Below are positions 39,531 through 50,796 of a stretch of DNA of 64,000 bases, piece by piece; the stretch's first letter is position 1, and the number at the start of each line of letters is the position of its first letter. The position numbers and the translations under genes are program-made. This DNA is from Burkholderiales bacterium (lineage in GTDB: Bacteria > Pseudomonadota > Gammaproteobacteria > Burkholderiales > Rhodocyclaceae), in contig JBBQAT010000001.1 of the NCBI GenBank assembly GCA_038316625.1, positions 6,987 through 70,986 of the forward strand. Reading direction: 5' to 3'. Under the pieces are notes generated by a model. That model saw nothing but the letters and a program-made list of their open reading frames with translations. It searched no databases and was not told the origin of the DNA.

Positions 39531-40610
39531 TTGCAACTCGATCTATCGATCTTCAATCCAAAGGCACGTTCCCTGATCGGCATCGATATCAGCTCGTCGT
39601 CCGTCAAGATGGTTGAGTTGGCGAACGACGGTAAAAGCGGATATCGTGTTGAACGATACACGATTGAAGTGTTGCCCAGGGACGCTGTTGCTGACGGAAA
39701 CATTGTCAATCTGGAAGCGGCGGCAGAGGCCGTGCGCCGGGCATGGAAGAAGATGGCGACATCGACCCGGCAAGTCGCGATCGCATTGCCTGCGTCACAT
39801 GTGATTACAAAAAAAATCATCGTGGCAGCGGGCCAGCGCGAGGAAGAACTGGAAGTTCAGGTGGAGTCAGAAGCCAACCAGTACATTCCGTTCGCGCTGG
39901 AAGAAGTCAATCTTGACTTTCAGGTCGTTGGGCCGGCACCTTCGTCTCCAGACGAAATTGAAGTGCTGATCGCCGCGTCGCGCAAAGAGAAGGTTGAGGA
40001 TCGTGTTGCTGTTGTTGAATCTGCGGGTTTGAAGCCTGTGGTTGTTGATGTCGAATCCTATGCGGTTCTTTCCGCGTTCGAACTGATCGAAAAGCAACTT
40101 CCTGATGGCGGCAAAGGACAGATTATTGCCTTGGTTGATGTGGGGGCCGGAGTGATGAATCTGACCGTCCTGCGCAATGGGCAGCAGCTCTACGTTCGGG
40201 AACAAGCGTTTGGCGGAAATCAACTGACCCAGGATATCGCACGTCTTTTTGGCATGACCTTTGAAGAGGCGGAATCTGAGAAGCGGCGGAACAATCTGCC
40301 CGACAATTACGAGGCCGATCTCCTGCAACCGTTCGTTGAAAGCATGGCGTTGGAAGTGTCGCGTGCGTTGCAGTTCTTCTTCACGTCCACCCAGTTCAAT
40401 CAGGTCAACCATATTGTTCTTGCTGGCGGATGCGCCGTCCTTCCTGGCGCTGACGAAGCGGTGGCGTCTCGGACGCAAATCAATACGATTATCGCCAACC
40501 CCTTTGCTGACATGGTTCTGTCCGGGGGGGTTCGTGCGAAGAACCTGCTCGCGGATGCCTCGTCGCTAATGGCTGCGTGCGGCCTTGCTCTGCGGAGGTT
40601 TGACGAATGA
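39531..40610 (+). CDS. pilM: Type IV pilus assembly protein
   Basis: GIDISSSSVK, QYIPF, VDVGA, LAGG; TTG start after GAGGAG. Confidence 0.95.
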   Translation: MQLDLSIFNPKARSLIGIDISSSSVKMVELANDGKSGYRVERYTIEVLPRDAVADGNIVNLEAAAEAVRRAWKKMATSTRQVAIALPASHVITKKIIVAAGQREEELEVQVESEANQYIPFALEEVNLDFQVVGPAPSSPDEIEVLIAASRKEKVEDRVAVVESAGLKPVVVDVESYAVLSAFELIEKQLPDGGKGQIIALVDVGAGVMNLTVLRNGQQLYVREQAFGGNQLTQDIARLFGMTFEEAESEKRRNNLPDNYEADLLQPFVESMALEVSRALQFFFTSTQFNQVNHIVLAGGCAVLPGADEAVASRTQINTIIANPFADMVLSGGVRAKNLLADASSLMAACGLALRRFDE

Positions 40611-41173
40611 TACGCATCAATCTCCTCCCGCATCGGGAAGAAAAACGGAAGGCGAGGCGCCAGCAGTTTTATGGGTTGCTAGGCATGGTTTCGATCCTTG
40701 CAGGATTGCTTGTTTTTCTTGCCTACTCAGTTATCGCCGGCTACGTCGCGGCTCAAGAAGCCAAGAACGACTTTCTGAAAAAGGAGATTGCAGTTCTCGA
40801 CAAACAGATCGATCAGATCAAGCGACTCAAGGAACAGACACAGGCATTGCTGGCACGCAAGCAGATTATCGAGTCTTTACAGCGTGATCGCGCAGAGGCT
40901 GTTCGCTTGCTTGGCGAGATGGTAAAACAGATGCCTGAAGGCGTTTATGTGCGCTCGATCAAGCAAGACGGGGTTAAGATTTCGCTAAGTGGTATCGCGC
41001 AATCCAACGCTCGTGTTTCTACGTTGATGCGCAACATTGAGGCTTCTCCATGGCTTGAAAAGCCGCAGCTGATTGAGATCAAGGCCGTCGTGCTTGATAA
41101 GCGACGACTCAACGAATTCAGCATGAATGCTTCGCTCAAGAGAGCACCTGTTGAGGATGGGGGTAAGAAATGA
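40607..41173 (+). CDS. pilN: Type IV pilus assembly protein
   Basis: INLLP motif, one TM helix, SNARVSTLMRN. Confidence 0.95.
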   Translation: MIRINLLPHREEKRKARRQQFYGLLGMVSILAGLLVFLAYSVIAGYVAAQEAKNDFLKKEIAVLDKQIDQIKRLKEQTQALLARKQIIESLQRDRAEAVRLLGEMVKQMPEGVYVRSIKQDGVKISLSGIAQSNARVSTLMRNIEASPWLEKPQLIEIKAVVLDKRRLNEFSMNASLKRAPVEDGGKK

Positions 41174-41844
41174 AATCGTCCTCCATGGCAAGTTTTGATT
41201 TCAAAACCGTGCTTGATGACTTCCGGAATCTAAACCCGAAAGATGTTGGCGCATGGCCCATCGTTCCGCGGGTTGCTGTGTTACTTGGCCTTTTCTTGGT
41301 AATCCTGCTGGCTGGTTGGTGGTTTGTGTGGAGTGATCAGTTGGATGCGTTAGCGGCAAGGCAGCAGGATGAGCTGAAACTCAGGGAAGAGTATGTTGCC
41401 AAGAAGTCGCAAGCAGTCAATCTTGACTTGTACACTCAGCAATTGAACGAGATTGATCGGTCGTTTGGTGCCTTGTTGAAACAGCTTCCGAACAAGTCGG
41501 AAGTTGAGTCCTTGCTTATCGAGATTAACCAGTCTGGCATGGGGAGAGGCCTTCTGTTTGATCTTTTCAAGCCAGGGCAGGAGATCGTCAAGGATTTCTA
41601 CGCTGAATTGCCAATCAATGTGAGAATGACCGGGAGCTACCACGACTTTGGGGCTTTTGCCGGAGATATTGGGCGGTTATCTAGAATCGTAACCTTGAAC
41701 AATATTTCCATCACGGCTAATCCGCAATCCAAAGACGGTGGGTTGGTGATGGACGCTGTGACCAAGACCTTCCGATATCTCGACGATGAAGAACTTGCTG
41801 CCAAAAAGAAGGCAGCACAAGCTGCCAAGGGTGGGCAGAAATGA
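41170..41844 (+). CDS. pilO: Type IV pilus assembly protein
   Basis: LLKQLP, FYAELPI, GSYHDFG, RIVTL. Confidence 0.95.
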   Translation: MKSSSMASFDFKTVLDDFRNLNPKDVGAWPIVPRVAVLLGLFLVILLAGWWFVWSDQLDALAARQQDELKLREEYVAKKSQAVNLDLYTQQLNEIDRSFGALLKQLPNKSEVESLLIEINQSGMGRGLLFDLFKPGQEIVKDFYAELPINVRMTGSYHDFGAFAGDIGRLSRIVTLNNISITANPQSKDGGLVMDAVTKTFRYLDDEELAAKKKAAQAAKGGQK

Positions 41845-42362
41845 AAACGATAGCGGTCGCATTGCTTGGTTTGACTTTGGTCGCATGCTCGGGTGGGGAT
41901 AATGAGGATCTGCGTCAATGGATGAACGATGCCGCCAAGGACATCAAGGGAAAAATCCCTCCTTTACCTCAAGTCAAGCCTTACGAACCCGTCCCTTATG
42001 ATGCCGGGAACTTGGTTGATCCTTTCAGACCAAGCAAAATTGGTGGCGAGCAGAAAAAGAGTGGTGGCGGAGGTTTGCAGCCGAATACTGATCGTCCTCG
42101 TGAGCCACTGGAGTCTTATCCGCTTGAGTCATTGAGATATGTCGGCGTGATGACCAGGAATAAAGTTTCGTATGCCATCGTTCAGGTTGATGGTTCATTG
42201 CATCAGGTGCGGATTGGTAACTATATGGGACAGAATTTCGGCGTGATCACAAAGGTGACGGAGTCTGAAGTGGTCTTGAAAGAGCTCGTTCAAGATTCAG
42301 CCGGGGATTGGGTTGAAAGAGAAAGCACACTGTTGTTGCAGGGACAGGAGGGGAAAAAGTGA
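41841..42362 (+). CDS. pilP: Type IV pilus lipoprotein
   Basis: Lipobox LVAC, DPF, EPLESYPL, GNYMGQNFG. Confidence 0.95.
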   Translation: MKTIAVALLGLTLVACSGGDNEDLRQWMNDAAKDIKGKIPPLPQVKPYEPVPYDAGNLVDPFRPSKIGGEQKKSGGGGLQPNTDRPREPLESYPLESLRYVGVMTRNKVSYAIVQVDGSLHQVRIGNYMGQNFGVITKVTESEVVLKELVQDSAGDWVERESTLLLQGQEGKK

Positions 42363-44437
42363 AACAGATCAAAACGTACCTGCTCAGCGTTTTTGGCGGG
42401 ATTTTTCTGGCGGTTGCAACGATAAGCGCTCAGGAAACCAGTCCCAATTCGATCGAGTCGATGACGGTTGCCCAACAGGGCGGTGTGCTCAACGTCAAAC
42501 TGACTTTCAAGGAGCCATTGACGGCACTGCCTCCGGGTTTTAGCGTGGCCAAACCCGCACGTATCGCTCTCGATTTCGCGAATACGATCAATGGTCTAGG
42601 CAAGAACAGCCAAACCTATAACGAGGGTGATCTCAGGAGCGCCAACGTTGTTCAGGCCGAGGGGCGTACGCGTCTGGTGTTGAATCTCAACCAGGTGATG
42701 ACTTACGAGGCGAGAATTGATGGGAATAGTTTGCTGCTTACGCTGACCCCCAGCGCGAAGGAGGGTGGCGCACCTGTTGTTGAACATTTCGCCCAGGTAA
42801 ATCCATCGCAGGTCTCAAACAGCATTCGAGATATCGCATTTCGTCGCGGCAAAGACGGCGAAGCGCGAATTACGGTGGATCTTAGCGATCCGAATGCTGG
42901 AATCGATATTCGTCAACAAGGGAAAGACCTGATTGTTGATTTCGTCAAGGTGACCGTGCCGGACGCGCTACGCAAACGGCTGGATGTGACTGATTTTGCA
43001 ACACCTGTTGTTTCGCTGAACACACTCCAGCAGGGATCTAACGTACGCATGACCATTACCCCGCGTGGATTGTGGGAGCACAATGCCTACCAGACAGACA
43101 ACCAGTTTGTCATTGAAGTTAAGCCGGTGATAGAGAATCCCAACAAACTGGTTCAGGGTTCGCGCGGAGGATATCAGGGCGAAAAGCTGTCCTTGAACTT
43201 CCAGAATGTTGAAGTGCGGCGTTTGCTGCAAGTGATTGGCGAATTTACTGGCATGAATATGGTTGTCAGTGATTCAGTTGGTGGTGCAATAACCCTTATT
43301 CTTAAGGACGTGCCGTGGGACCAGGCTTTGGATATTATCCTTCAGCAAAAAGGCCTCGACATGCGCAAGAACGGAAATGTCATTCTGATTGCGCCGCGCG
43401 AGGAAATCGCGACCAAGGAAAAGCTTGAGTTTGAGTCCAAGGTCCAGATCAGTGACCTGGAGCCTTTGCGGACTGAAAGTTTTCAGATGAACTACATAAA
43501 GGCTGCCGATGTACAGAAGCTTTTGGTAGATCCAAAGCAGACATTGCTATCCAAGCGTGGTAGCGCACTGCTCGACGACAGATCAAACATGATGTTCGTA
43601 AAGGACACGCCAAGTCGCCTAGACGATGTGAGAGAGATGATCGCCAAGGTGGATACTCCTGTTCGTCAGGTGATGATCGAGGCCAGAATCGTTGAGGCGG
43701 GTGATAGTTTCGCCAAGAACTTGGGCATCCGTTTGTCTACAGGTGCTGCCACGACAGCAACTTCAGCGTCAGGAACAACAGTCACTAATTCATCGACTTT
43801 GGCGGCGATAAATACGGCAACGAGAACAAGCCAGATTGGATCGGTCAATTTGCCTGCCACACCCAGAGCAGGAACTGCGGGGACATTCGCCTTGTCCTTG
43901 TACAACAGTACTTACTCAAGGTTTATCAATGCCGAGATTTCTGCATTGGAGTCAGATGGACGAGGCAAGGTCATTTCCAGTCCTCGCGTCATGACAGCGA
44001 ACCAAGTCGAAGCACTTATCGAGCAAGGTGTAGAAATTCCTTATCAACAGGCGACAAGTTCTGGTGCGACAAGCGTTTCATTCCGCAAGGCCAATCTTGC
44101 TTTGAAGGTAAAGCCTCAGATCACGCCCGATGGCAAGATCACGATGACTTTGGATATTAATAAGGACACGCCAAATACAAGATTGTCAACCGGGGCCGGA
44201 GTTGCAATTGACACCAAGCACGTCAAAACTGAGGTGCTTGTTGAGAATGGGGGGACGGTAGTGATCGGCGGGATTTATACGCAAGAAGTACGCGACAACA
44301 CGCAGCGTATTCCATTCTTCGGAGATTTGCCTTACATCGGATGGTTGTTCAAGAACAGGGAATGGATCGATGACAAGACCGAATTGCTGGTGTTTATTAC
44401 GCCAAAGATCGTAGCCGAAGGCCTGTCCGTACGCTGA
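42359..44437 (+). CDS. pilQ: Type IV pilus secretin
   Basis: AMIN-like domains, LSLNFQN, VPWDQAL, QVMIEARIVE, ELLVFITPKI. Confidence 0.96.
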   Translation: MKQIKTYLLSVFGGIFLAVATISAQETSPNSIESMTVAQQGGVLNVKLTFKEPLTALPPGFSVAKPARIALDFANTINGLGKNSQTYNEGDLRSANVVQAEGRTRLVLNLNQVMTYEARIDGNSLLLTLTPSAKEGGAPVVEHFAQVNPSQVSNSIRDIAFRRGKDGEARITVDLSDPNAGIDIRQQGKDLIVDFVKVTVPDALRKRLDVTDFATPVVSLNTLQQGSNVRMTITPRGLWEHNAYQTDNQFVIEVKPVIENPNKLVQGSRGGYQGEKLSLNFQNVEVRRLLQVIGEFTGMNMVVSDSVGGAITLILKDVPWDQALDIILQQKGLDMRKNGNVILIAPREEIATKEKLEFESKVQISDLEPLRTESFQMNYIKAADVQKLLVDPKQTLLSKRGSALLDDRSNMMFVKDTPSRLDDVREMIAKVDTPVRQVMIEARIVEAGDSFAKNLGIRLSTGAATTATSASGTTVTNSSTLAAINTATRTSQIGSVNLPATPRAGTAGTFALSLYNSTYSRFINAEISALESDGRGKVISSPRVMTANQVEALIEQGVEIPYQQATSSGATSVSFRKANLALKVKPQITPDGKITMTLDINKDTPNTRLSTGAGVAIDTKHVKTEVLVENGGTVVIGGIYTQEVRDNTQRIPFFGDLPYIGWLFKNREWIDDKTELLVFITPKIVAEGLSVR

Positions 44438-44450
44438 TTCCCAAGTTGTC

Positions 44451-44486
44451 GCACAAAAAAGCCGGCAGTTGCCGGCTTTTTTGTGC
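44451..44486. terminator. Bidirectional rho-independent terminator
   Basis: GCACAAAAAAGCCGGC-agtt-GCCGGCTTTTTTGTGC. Confidence 0.9.
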
Positions 44487-44522
44487 TGTTTGGTTGTGTA
44501 GGCGCTGCGGTAGAATGATGAC

Positions 44523-45059
44523 GTGGATAAACTGAACGATATAGGAAACGTCTATCTGGTAGGCCTGATGGGTGCCGGCAAGACGACGGTGGGGCGAATT
44601 CTGGCGAAGCGGTTGAACCTCGACTTTGTCGATTCAGATCGTGAAATCGAGGCTCGGACCGGCGTTAGCATCCCGACGATCTTTGAAATCGAGGGGGAGG
44701 ATGGCTTTCGAAACCGAGAAGCCCAGGTGATCGCGGCTCTTTCCATGCAAGGCGGGCAGGTCGTGGCAACCGGAGGCGGGGCGGTTCTGCTTAAGGAAAA
44801 TCGCGACAATATGAGGAAGAGTGGGTTTGTGGTCTTCCTCAATGCGTCGCCCTATGTTCTTATGGAGCGAACACGCCATGATAGAAATCGGCCATTGTTG
44901 CAAGTTGCCGACCCGTTAAAAAAGCTTACAGAACTGTTGTCGCATCGTGATCAGTTTTATCGCGAGGTGGCGCATCTGGTTGTTGACAATGGCCGGGTCA
45001 ATACTCAGACCCTATTGCAAATGTTGATCAAGGGAGTTGAGGAGCATTGGAAACGCTGA
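44523..45059 (+). CDS. aroK: Shikimate kinase
   Basis: [20 protein letters not shown]. Confidence 0.95.
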   Translation: MDKLNDIGNVYLVGLMGAGKTTVGRILAKRLNLDFVDSDREIEARTGVSIPTIFEIEGEDGFRNREAQVIAALSMQGGQVVATGGGAVLLKENRDNMRKSGFVVFLNASPYVLMERTRHDRNRPLLQVADPLKKLTELLSHRDQFYREVAHLVVDNGRVNTQTLLQMLIKGVEEHWKR

Positions 45060-46135
45060 CTGTAGCGCTCGGGGAGCGCGCTTATCCTATTTACATCGGA
45101 CAAGGGATTCTGGAGCGGAGCGAGCTTGTGCTGCCCTATCTTCGACAGCCAAAGGTGGCGATAGTCACCAATTTGACGGTTGCTCCACTTTACCTCAGTC
45201 GATTCATTGATTCTTTGAGCACCGCCGGCATTGACGTTGCTGAAATCATTCTTCCCGATGGTGAGCAGTTCAAAAACTGGCAAACCCTCAACACGATCTT
45301 CGACACTTTGCTTGAGCGCCGCTGCGAGCGCTCGACTACCTTGATCGCGCTCGGGGGAGGCGTTGTCGGGGACATGACCGGTTTTGCGGCGGCCTGCTAC
45401 CAGCGCGGAATGCCTTTCATCCAGGTTCCGACGACATTGCTTTCGCAGGTGGATTCGTCAATTGGTGGAAAGACCGCAATCAATCACCCGCTGGGTAAAA
45501 ACATGATTGGTGCGTTCTATCAACCTGCGCTAGTACTTGCCGACACTGATGTTCTGGATACGTTGCCTGATCGTGAGTTGCGAGCGGGCTTGGCAGAAGT
45601 CATAAAGTACGGGCTGATACGTGATTTGCCGTTCCTCGAATGGCTTGAGCTGCATATTGAACGTCTGCTTGGTCGTGAGCCGCAGGCGCTCGAATATGCA
45701 ATTCGTCGCTCATGTGAAAACAAGGCCGAAGTCGTGGTCGCGGATGAGCATGAAAACGGAGAGCGTGCGTTGTTGAATATTGGACACACCTTTGGACATG
45801 CTATTGAAGCCGGGATGGGTTACGGCGAATGGCTTCATGGGGAAGCTGTGGCCGCAGGAACCATGATGGCCGCAGAGTTATCGCGACAGCTAGGCTGGAT
45901 TAGTGCAAACGATGTTGCGCGAGTGGAGGCGCTGTTTGAGCGTGCCGGTTTGCCAGTATTTGGCCCGGACATGGCTACGGAGCGTTACCTTGAATTGATG
46001 ATGCATGACAAGAAAGTGCAGAACGGAAAGATGCGTCTTGTTTTGTTCAGGGAAATTGCGGGTGCGGTTGTCAGTGATATTGCAACGCCGCTAGACATTG
46101 CCCAAGCGATCGAGGCGCGGTCCATTCATGCATAA
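45047..46135 (+). CDS. aroB: 3-dehydroquinate synthase
   Basis: [32 protein letters not shown]. Confidence 0.97.
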   Translation: METLTVALGERAYPIYIGQGILERSELVLPYLRQPKVAIVTNLTVAPLYLSRFIDSLSTAGIDVAEIILPDGEQFKNWQTLNTIFDTLLERRCERSTTLIALGGGVVGDMTGFAAACYQRGMPFIQVPTTLLSQVDSSIGGKTAINHPLGKNMIGAFYQPALVLADTDVLDTLPDRELRAGLAEVIKYGLIRDLPFLEWLELHIERLLGREPQALEYAIRRSCENKAEVVVADEHENGERALLNIGHTFGHAIEAGMGYGEWLHGEAVAAGTMMAAELSRQLGWISANDVARVEALFERAGLPVFGPDMATERYLELMMHDKKVQNGKMRLVLFREIAGAVVSDIATPLDIAQAIEARSIHA

Positions 46136-47243
46136 TTTGGCACCCTGTGCCGTTTCTTCGGCGAATACGCGCGGCCGACGTTATACCGATCTGGTGCCCT
46201 CGTATCGTAGTGAGTTCCAGCGTGACCGTGATCGTATCGTTCACTCAACGGCTTTCCGCCGCCTTGAATACAAGACGCAGGTGTTTGTAAACCACGAGGG
46301 CGATCTCTTCCGGACGCGCCTGACCCACACGCTTGAGGTGGCGCAGATAGCCAGAGGCATCGCCCGAGCTCTGCGTCTCAACGAGGATCTTGCGGAGGCA
46401 ATATCTCTCGCGCACGATCTTGGGCACACGCCGTTTGGGCACGCGGGACAGGATGCGCTCAATTCGTGTATGAGTGGCCACGGTGGCTTTGAGCATAACC
46501 TGCAAAGCTTACGTATCGTCGACCGACTCGAAGAACGTTACGCTGCTTTTAACGGACTCAATTTGTGTTTTGAAACACGCGAAGGCATCGTCAAGCATTG
46601 TTCTGCGGAGAACGCGATCAAGCTGGGCGAGTTGGGCGAGCGCTTTATCAACAAAACACAAGCTTCTCTGGAAGCGCAAATATGTAACTTTGCTGATGAA
46701 ATTGCCTACAACAATCACGATGTCGATGATGGTTTGCGCTCAGGGCTGATTTCGCTGGACGAACTGCAGGAAGTTGGCATTTTTGCTCACCATGTGGCCG
46801 TTGTCAGGTCTACGTATCCGGATATTGCTGGACGTCGCCTGATCCATGAAACAATCCGCCGCATGATCAACGTCCTGGTTTGCGACATGATCGAGACAAC
46901 GGCCAGTAACATTGCACTACACGCCCCGAAGACTTTGGCCGACATCAGGCTTGGATTGCCGCTGGTCGGATTTTCAGATGAGTTACGCGAAACGCAGCGC
47001 GAGCTGAAACGTTTTCTTCGCAAGCATCTCTATCAGCATTTCGAGGTTCTTCGCATGACCAGCAAGGCGCAACGGATTGTCAGTGATCTTTTTGCCGCTT
47101 TTATCAGTGCCCCGCGCATGCTGCCGCCGCAGTTTCAGGATGAGGGCAATCAGCCGCGGAGAGTGGCAGATTACATTGCCGGAATGACTGACCGGTATGC
47201 GATGAAAGAACATCGTCGCCTATTTGCGGTCGGTGAGATCTAG
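46128..47243 (+). CDS. dgt: dGTP triphosphohydrolase-like HD protein
   Basis: [32 protein letters not shown]. Confidence 0.93.
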   Translation: MHNLAPCAVSSANTRGRRYTDLVPSYRSEFQRDRDRIVHSTAFRRLEYKTQVFVNHEGDLFRTRLTHTLEVAQIARGIARALRLNEDLAEAISLAHDLGHTPFGHAGQDALNSCMSGHGGFEHNLQSLRIVDRLEERYAAFNGLNLCFETREGIVKHCSAENAIKLGELGERFINKTQASLEAQICNFADEIAYNNHDVDDGLRSGLISLDELQEVGIFAHHVAVVRSTYPDIAGRRLIHETIRRMINVLVCDMIETTASNIALHAPKTLADIRLGLPLVGFSDELRETQRELKRFLRKHLYQHFEVLRMTSKAQRIVSDLFAAFISAPRMLPPQFQDEGNQPRRVADYIAGMTDRYAMKEHRRLFAVGEI

Positions 47244-47261
47244 TTTTGTCAGGTCAACGAA

Positions 47262-47288
47262 AAAACGCCCGCATTCAGCGGGCGTTTT
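47262..47288. terminator. Bidirectional terminator between dgt and pntB
   Basis: AAAACGCCCGC-attca-GCGGGCGTTTT. Confidence 0.85.
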
Positions 47289-47312
47289 AGGTGCAAGCAT
47301 ACGCGATGAGCT

Positions 47313-48734
47313 TCAGGACTTGAGTGCTACCAGCACTTCATCCAGCATTTTCTTGGCATCGCCGAAGAGCATGCGGTTGTTGTCCTTGTAGAACAGCGGA
47401 TTGTCGACGCCAGCGTAACCAGACGCCATGCTGCGCTTCATCACGATCGACGTTTTGGCCTTCCACACTTCGAGAACCGGCATGCCTGCGATCGGGCTAG
47501 TTGGGTCGTCCTGAGCGGCTGGGTTGACGATGTCGTTGGCACCGATGATCATGGTCACATCGGTGGCCGGGAAGTCGTTGTTTAGTTCATCCATCTCGAA
47601 CACAATGTCGTAGGGCACTCTTGCTTCAGCGAGAAGGACGTTCATATGGCCCGGCATCCGACCCGCGACCGGGTGAATGCCAAAGCGAACGTTAACGCCT
47701 TTCCCGCGTAGAAACTGAGTGATTTCATTGACCGTGTGCTGGGCTTGGGCCACCGCCATGCCGTAACCCGGAACGATGATGACGTTCTTGGCTTCACGCA
47801 GCAGCTCAGCTGTTTCTGCAGCAAGAATTGGCGAAACTTCACCTGTCGGTTGAGCACTACCGCCTGCGGCGGGAGCGGGGGTGCCGCCGTCTGAGCCAAA
47901 GCCACCAGCGATAACACTGATGAAGTGGCGATTCATCGCAGAGCACATGATGAAGGACAGAATCGCACCACTCGATCCAACCAGGGCACCAGTCACGATC
48001 AGCAGGTCGTTCGACAGCATGAAGCCAGTTGCCGCTGCCGCCCATCCCGAGTAGCTGTTGAGCATTGACACCACGACAGGCATGTCGGCACCGCCGATAG
48101 CCATCACCATATGGATACCGAAGAGCAGTGAAACGACGGTCATCACGATCATCGGTGTCATGCCAGCAGCGATGGTCTCGGCATGCAGGAATTCGCGGCC
48201 GAAGTAGATGATGATCAGCAGACCCGCCAGGTTCATCCAGTGACGTCCCGGGAGCAGTACCGGTTTGCCGCCGATCTTTCCAGACAATTTACCGAAGGCG
48301 ATAACCGATCCAGAGAAGGTGATGGCACCAATCAGCACGCCAACATACATCTCAATTTCGTGAATCGCCTTCTCCGCCGGCTCAAGGCCGGCAGCAGCAG
48401 CCGGGTCGATGTAGACTGCGTAGCCGACCAACATGGCGGCAAGACCAACCATGCTGTGCATCAATGCCACAAGTTCGGGCATTTGCGTCATTTGCACGAC
48501 GCGCGCGGCGTAAAGGCCGATACCGCTGCCGATGAGCATGGCCCCGATAATCCACGGCAAACCAGCCGCCGTAATATGCGGGCCGAAAACGGTTGCGAGA
48601 ACGGCGATAGCCATGCCGATCATGCCGTAGAGGTTGCCGCGCCGCGCAGTTTCCTGGTTGGACAGGCCTCCGAGACAAAGGATGAAAAGGATGGTTGCTC
48701 CGATATAGGAGACTGTTGCCAGACTTCCGGACAT
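47313..48734 (-). CDS. pntB: NAD(P) transhydrogenase beta subunit
   Basis: [30 protein letters not shown]. Confidence 0.97.
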   Translation of the reverse strand: MSGSLATVSYIGATILFILCLGGLSNQETARRGNLYGMIGMAIAVLATVFGPHITAAGLPWIIGAMLIGSGIGLYAARVVQMTQMPELVALMHSMVGLAAMLVGYAVYIDPAAAAGLEPAEKAIHEIEMYVGVLIGAITFSGSVIAFGKLSGKIGGKPVLLPGRHWMNLAGLLIIIYFGREFLHAETIAAGMTPMIVMTVVSLLFGIHMVMAIGGADMPVVVSMLNSYSGWAAAATGFMLSNDLLIVTGALVGSSGAILSFIMCSAMNRHFISVIAGGFGSDGGTPAPAAGGSAQPTGEVSPILAAETAELLREAKNVIIVPGYGMAVAQAQHTVNEITQFLRGKGVNVRFGIHPVAGRMPGHMNVLLAEARVPYDIVFEMDELNNDFPATDVTMIIGANDIVNPAAQDDPTSPIAGMPVLEVWKAKTSIVMKRSMASGYAGVDNPLFYKDNNRMLFGDAKKMLDEVLVALKS

Positions 48735-48746
48735 GTTCATCTCTCC

Positions 48747-50342
48747 TTATTTGCGGAACATTGCCAGCATGCGCTGGGTGACGGCGAAACCGCCGAACAT
48801 ATTGATGGTTGCAAGAACGATACCGCCAACCGCCAGCCAGCGAATCCAATCCTCGGGGCGTGCTATGTCACCGGCCAGCGGTGGTGCAATCTGGACCAGT
48901 GCGCCAATAGCAATGATGCTGCTAATGGCGTTGGTTACGCTCATTAGAGGCGTATGCAGAGCCGGTTTGACATTCCAGACCACCATGTAACCTACAAAGC
49001 AGGCCAGCACGAAGACCGTGAAGTGCCCTAGGAAAGCTGCTGGGGCATAAGCGCCGATGAGCCAGAACAAAGCTGCAGCCACACCGAACATGATTGCCAT
49101 CTTGTTTCCAGCCATCGGTTCGCTGCTACCACCGTGACCATGCGCCTTCTTCTTTGCCACCGGTACGACAGCAGCCGGCTTGGCTGCGGCAGGCGGTGCG
49201 GAAGACGGCTTGGGAGCGGGAGGCGGCCAGGTGATGTTGCCTTCCTTGACTACGGTCAGGCCTCGGATAGCGTCGTCTTCCATGTTGACGTCGATGATGC
49301 CATCCTTGGTCTTGCACAACTCCTCAGTTAGACGAAACAGGTTGGTGCTGTAAAGCGTCGAGGACTGCCTTGCTAGGCGGCTGACCAAGTCGGTGTAGCC
49401 GATGATGGTTACGTCGTGCTTCACCACTGCCTGCCCTGGCTCGGTCAGCTCACAGTTACCTCCCTGCTCGGCCGCCATATCGACAATCACGCTGCCGGGT
49501 TTCATGCTCTTTACCATCTCGGCGGTGATTAGCTTGGGCGCGGGCTTGCCCGGGATCAGCGCGGTGGTGATGATGATGTCCACCTCCTTGGCCTGCTTGG
49601 CGTACATGTCGCGCTGGGCCTGCTGGAAGCCTTCGCTCATCACCTTCGCGTAACCGCCGCCACCGGAACCTTCTTCTTCGTAATCGACCTTGACGAATTC
49701 ACCACCCAGCGACACGACCTGATCGGCAACTTCGGCACGCGTGTCGTTCGCGCGCACAATGGCGCCCAGGTTAGCTGCGGTACCGATCGCCGCCAAACCG
49801 GCCACACCAGCACCAGCGATGAAGACCTTGGCCGGCGGCACCTTGCCCGCAGCCGTGATCTGGCCGTTGAAAAAGCGGCCGAAAGCGTTGGCGGCCTCGA
49901 TGACGGCGCGGTAGCCCGCGACGCCAGCCTGGGAGGTCAGTGCATCCATCTTCTGAGCGCGGCTTAGTGTACGCGGCAGCGAGTCGATGGCAAGCACAGT
50001 CGCCTTCTTGGCGGCAAGTTGCGCCATCAACTCCGGGTTTTGCGCTGGCCAGATGAAGCCAATCAATGTACCGCCTTCGCGCATTAGACCTACTTCCTCG
50101 ATAGTCGGAATGCGCACCTTGAACACGATGTCGGACGATGACCAAAGCTTGGCCGTGTCTTCGATAACCTCAGCGCCAGCAGCACGGTAGGTGTCATCGC
50201 TGAAATTCGCCGCGTCACCGGCGCCTGCTTCAACGGCAACTTTGAAACCTAGTTTTGTCAGCTTTTCGACAACATCGGGAACGGTCGCGACGCGTTTCTC
50301 GCCGGCAAAGACCTCCCGAGGTACTCCGATAGTCAGTGGCAT
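48747..50342 (-). CDS. pntA: NAD(P) transhydrogenase alpha subunit
   Basis: [33 protein letters not shown]. Confidence 0.97.
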   Translation of the reverse strand: MPLTIGVPREVFAGEKRVATVPDVVEKLTKLGFKVAVEAGAGDAANFSDDTYRAAGAEVIEDTAKLWSSSDIVFKVRIPTIEEVGLMREGGTLIGFIWPAQNPELMAQLAAKKATVLAIDSLPRTLSRAQKMDALTSQAGVAGYRAVIEAANAFGRFFNGQITAAGKVPPAKVFIAGAGVAGLAAIGTAANLGAIVRANDTRAEVADQVVSLGGEFVKVDYEEEGSGGGGYAKVMSEGFQQAQRDMYAKQAKEVDIIITTALIPGKPAPKLITAEMVKSMKPGSVIVDMAAEQGGNCELTEPGQAVVKHDVTIIGYTDLVSRLARQSSTLYSTNLFRLTEELCKTKDGIIDVNMEDDAIRGLTVVKEGNITWPPPAPKPSSAPPAAAKPAAVVPVAKKKAHGHGGSSEPMAGNKMAIMFGVAAALFWLIGAYAPAAFLGHFTVFVLACFVGYMVVWNVKPALHTPLMSVTNAISSIIAIGALVQIAPPLAGDIARPEDWIRWLAVGGIVLATINMFGGFAVTQRMLAMFRK

Positions 50343-50635
50343 TCAGTTCTCCATTACTCGATACAAAAACGTTAGTAAGTAGGTTCGCCGTAAAGCGCGT
50401 AACCGTATCCTTCGCATACGAAAATGTGCAAATACCTGCTTTGAAAACAAAGGCAAATCAGCTGACCAGCGAGTGCATAGTGTGTTGTTCTGGGCTTAGC
50501 CTGTCGGCAACTGCACGGAACTTTTCTAATTTCTTGTATGTCGCACCTACAGCTGGGGCGATACTCTAACATGAGGTTGGCTTCGAAAAAAGGTCAATCT
50601 AGCCGTGTTCTGTGTGATTAGGGGTGGGTAGTAAA

Positions 50636-50652
50636 TGCACTATTTTGGTGCG
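50636..50652. promoter_or_regulatory. NtrC-type binding site upstream of gltB
   Basis: TGCACTATTTTGGTGCG fits TGCAC-N7-GTGCA with one mismatch. Confidence 0.65.
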
Positions 50653-50796
50653 AAATCAATGGTTTGAGCGACAGTATTTTCGCGATATACTCAGCATTCG
50701 TCTGTCAAAAGAATAAGCTGGCTTTAGGCCGGCTTTTTTAACGTGTGGTTTATTGGCGGTCTGTGTTTTTCATTGTTTATTGAGGATTCGAGCGTG

